This document shows, piece after piece, positions 60,946 to 64,000 of a stretch of DNA of 64,000 nucleotides. The stretch is taken from positions 12,214,001-12,278,000 of the forward strand of contig CM059445.1 in assembly GCA_030390025.1 (NCBI GenBank), written 5' to 3'. Source of the DNA: Squalus acanthias. Its lineage: Eukaryota. How positions within the stretch are numbered: position 1 is the first letter of the stretch; each line of letters starts with the position of its first letter. A program made the translations under genes and the position numbers. The notes below the pieces were generated by a model, which made no database searches, had not been told where the DNA came from, and saw only the letters and a list, made by a program, of their open reading frames with translations.

Positions 60946-61408
60946 TTAAAATTAAAAAAAAATATATATCATCCTGTCCGAAATAGGCTAACTCGGCACA
61001 GACTGAGGATCAAGCCTGGAATGTACAGCTCCCCATCTTGACCAGCTGAGACATCGGGATCAAGCACGAGGCTAGACTGTCGTAACCAATTGCACCACCA
61101 AATTCCGTCCAGCATTCCTGATTTTACTACTGATCCAGTACTGTAAATATTCAGTTGTGCTTCAGACTATAGCTGAATGTTGTTAAGTGCCAGCAGACTT
61201 TGAATTGCCAAATGCTGAGGCGAATGTTATAGCAGATGGCGTCCCTTTATGTAAACCACATTTTAATATTTAAGAGATTTAGTTTTTGAAGGTTTAACTC
61301 CAATGCGGTCAACAGGAAGTTGGGCCAATTCACGAGACCAAAATGAGCTGGGATTGGAGAAACACATTTCGAAAATGGGTTTGACTTCCCTAATGCATGT
61401 TTACCTTT

Positions 61409-61615
61409 TATTTATCCCTCAACCAACATCACCGAGAGAGATTATCTGGTCATTATCTCGTTGTTTGTTTGTGGGAGCTTGCTGTGCGCAAATTGGCTGC
61501 CGCGTTTCCTACGTTGCAATCGTGACGACACTTCAAAAAGTGCTTCATTGGTTGTAAAGCGCTTTGGGACGTCCTGAGGTCATGAAAGGTGCTATAGAAA
61601 TGCCAGTTCTTTCTA
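61409..61615 (+). mobile_element. SacSINE1-like SINE, 3' half
   Basis: tatttatccctcaacc...gaaaggtgctatagaaatgc. Confidence 0.8.
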
Positions 61616-61824
61616 TCTTTTTGCACTTCAGCTTGCAAGTTCGATTAAAACAAGCACGCACAACTTTTGATGTCGTGCTGCTTGCTGTAGTTACTGCGTG
61701 TAAGAAGATGCTAAAAATGGTGGTTGACTGAGTTCTTCTATTGATCGTGCCATGAACAAAGCTTTGAAAAAACCTCCAGAGCGATCTTCCATAAAATCAA
61801 GACAGGCTTCTTCGACCAGCTCCG

Positions 61825-62125
61825 CTTCTTAAATTCTGCCCTCTTGAGCATCCCTGATTATAATCGCTCACCCATTGGTGGCCGTACCTTCTGTTGCCTA
61901 GGCCCTAAGCTCTGGAATTCCCTGCCTAAACCTCTCCACCTCGCTACCTCTCTTTCCTCCTTTAAGACGCTCCTTAAAACCTACCTCTGACCAAGCTTTT
62001 GGTCACCTGCCCTAATTTATCCTTATGTGGCTTGGTGTCAAATTTTGTTTTACAACACTCTTGTGATGCGCCTTGGGACGTTTTACTACGTTAAAGGCGC
62101 TGTATAAATACAAGTTGCAGTTGTT
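61825..62125 (+). mobile_element. L2 LINE, 3' fragment
   Basis: Same family as 36042-36523. Confidence 0.85.
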
Positions 62126-62393
62126 AAATAATGGAGCTGTGTATTAATGAATACTTTGGAGTTTTGCTCAGTGACCTTTTTAGGAGGGTCAAGGAGTATC
62201 TCTGCATAACTTTCCCACGAGATTAAATGGGTAGATTGTACATGGTCTAAAGAAAGAGCACACTTGATGGGGCCAAATGGCCATTTCTACTTCCATGCTT
62301 TGCCTTGGGCAATGACCAGCGTGATTGGAAGGATGGTTTTTATTCATTGAGAGATGTAGATTTATGTGTCTTGTGTGTCTCTGTTCTTCATAG

Positions 62394-62487
62394 ATTAACA
62401 TCCTGACGTTTGTTGCTGAGCTCTACTGGTGGTTTGAAGTGCTGAAGCCAGAATTTGTCCACCCAAGGGAGATTCCAGATCTGGAAG
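62394..62487 (+). CDS. CAMSAP3: CAMSAP3 coding exon, end of CH domain (phase 0-1)
   Basis: ctgttcttcatag|ATT...GAA G|gtatgg. Translates INILTFVAELYWWFEVLKPEFVHPREIPDLE (CAMSAP motif AELFWWFEVVKP/FEVLKPDFV). Confidence 0.95.
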
Positions 62488-62621
62488 GTATGGAATTGGC
62501 ATTAATGTTACCCAGCAGGTCCTAGCCAGCTATTGCCATGGCAACGAATTCGAATGGTTGAAAGGAGAAACGACAGGGTTTATAGGAAACCGCACAGTAC
62601 ATGCCCCTACTTCTTCCTTCA

Positions 62622-62895
62622 TAACATCAGAAATAGGAGCAGGAGTCGGCCATTTGGCCCTTCGAGCATTCAATAGGATCATGGCTGATCTTCTACCTCA
62701 TCTCCACTTTCCTGCACTATCCCCATATCCCTTGATTCCCTTAATATCCAAAAATCTATCGATCTCGGTCTTGAATATACTCAACGACTGAGCCTCCACA
62801 GCCCTCGGGGGTAGAGAATTCCAAGATTCACAACCCTCTGAAGAAATTTCTCCTCATCTCAGTCCTAAATGGCCGACCCCTGATTCTGAGACTGA
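62622..62895 (-). mobile_element. CR1 LINE, 3' fragment
   Basis: Reverse-complement tail. Confidence 0.8.
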
Positions 62896-63186
62896 TGTGA
62901 TTTGTTGAGGAAGAGGGATGGTCGGTAGCTTTTCTTTTACTAGAATATGATGTTGCAATGTTGTGTCCAGATTGATTGTTAATGGACAAAACACGTTAGT
63001 CAGTGATGGGTCACGGTCTGTTCATGACCTAATTAAAACAATGACCTTCCAATACGTGTTTTGGCCAATAGTGAGACATCATCCTACGTTGACGATAAAA
63101 ACCTTGGTTGGCTTTTCCGAAGAGTTGATGGTAGGAAACTGTTCACTGTGTAGATGGAATAATGAAAGTGAATGAGTGCTGGAGTT

Positions 63187-63642
63187 AAGAACATAAGAAC
63201 ATAAATAAGAGCAGGAGTAGGCGATAGGGCCCCTCGAGCCTGCTCCGCCAGTCAATAAGATCATGGCTGATCATCGACCTCAACTCCACTTTCCTGCTCG
63301 ATCTCCATATCCCTCGAGTCCAAAAATCTATCGATCTCAGCCTTGATTCTACTCAAAGACTCAGCATTTACAGCCCTCTGGGGCAGAGAATTCCAAAGAT
63401 TCCTCTGAGTGAAGAAATTCCTCCTCATCTCGGTCTTAAATGGCCTACCCCTTATCCTGAGACTATGCCCCCTAGTTCGAGACACTCCAGCCAGGGGAAA
63501 CAACCTCTCAGCATCTACCCTGTCAATCCCCTTCAGAATCTTGTATGTTTCAATGCGATCACCTCTCATTTTTCTAAACTCCAGAGAGTATAGGCCCATT
63601 CTACACAATCTCTCATCATAGGACAGCCCTCTCATCCCAGAG
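63187..63642 (-). mobile_element. CR1 LINE, 3' fragment
   Basis: Minus-strand peptide GLSYDERLCRMGLYSLEFRKMRGD...WNSLPQRAV. Confidence 0.88.
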
Positions 63643-63771
63643 ATTGAAGTGTTCAGTGTAATGCACATGAATTGTTTGACGTTTTCACTTTTTCCTTTCG
63701 CAAGTCACAAAATGGATGAAGAAACCTCTTCAGCCCATTTCATCTCCGCCCCAACTGTCTTTACATTACAG

Positions 63772-63825
63772 GGTCTCTCTCTGTCCACTGGCCTCAGTCA
63801 GACTCTGGTAACCCATTCCAGCAAG
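63772..63825 (+). CDS. possible next short CAMSAP3 exon (unverified)
   Basis: ctgtctttacattacag| acceptor. The phase-1 reading GSLSVHWPQSDSGNPFQQ is open to a weak cagcaag|gtgcct donor. No recognisable homology. Confidence 0.25.
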
Positions 63826-64000
63826 GTGCCTGCTTCTTGCTGGGTTAACCCCCTACCCAAGCTGATCATACCGGAGCTTACAGGATTAAATTATGAGGAC
63901 CGGTTGTATAAACTTGGGTTGTATTCCCTTGAATTTAGAAGGTTGGGGGGTGATCTAATTGAGGTGTTTAAGATGATAAAAGAATTCGATAAGAGTAGAT

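Overview
Eukaryotic, repeat-rich genomic DNA from a cartilaginous fish, most likely a shark; the basis is HE1-type V-SINEs, SacSINE1/DeuSINE-like SINEs and CR1/L2/RTE/Penelope fragments. The whole window lies inside one plus-strand gene, a CAMSAP family microtubule minus-end binding protein, best read as CAMSAP3. Seven coding exons can be spliced in frame with canonical AG/GT sites: 23168-23329, 24601-24684, microexons 30865-30897 and 41300-41347, 52418-52556, 54542-54681 and 62394-62487. They encode the pre-CH region and the CAMSAP-type CH domain. The first coding exons lie upstream of the window and the C-terminal coiled-coil/CKK exons lie downstream. The supplied ORF track misses these exons and mostly reports TE fragments or chance ORFs. 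The introns are full of SINEs, LINEs and several MITE families, with one 222-N gap. I see no convincing wholly new biological system. The best leads are: the conserved tandem microexons with neural-type splicing motifs; a candidate internal alternative first exon (31203-31388); a hAT MITE that appears to have captured nearby intron DNA; a young local inverted duplication; a bipartite SINE that matches both ends of a LINE; and degenerate Penelope hammerhead ribozymes. All family and orthology calls come from recalled sequences, not database searches. Repeat boundaries are approximate.
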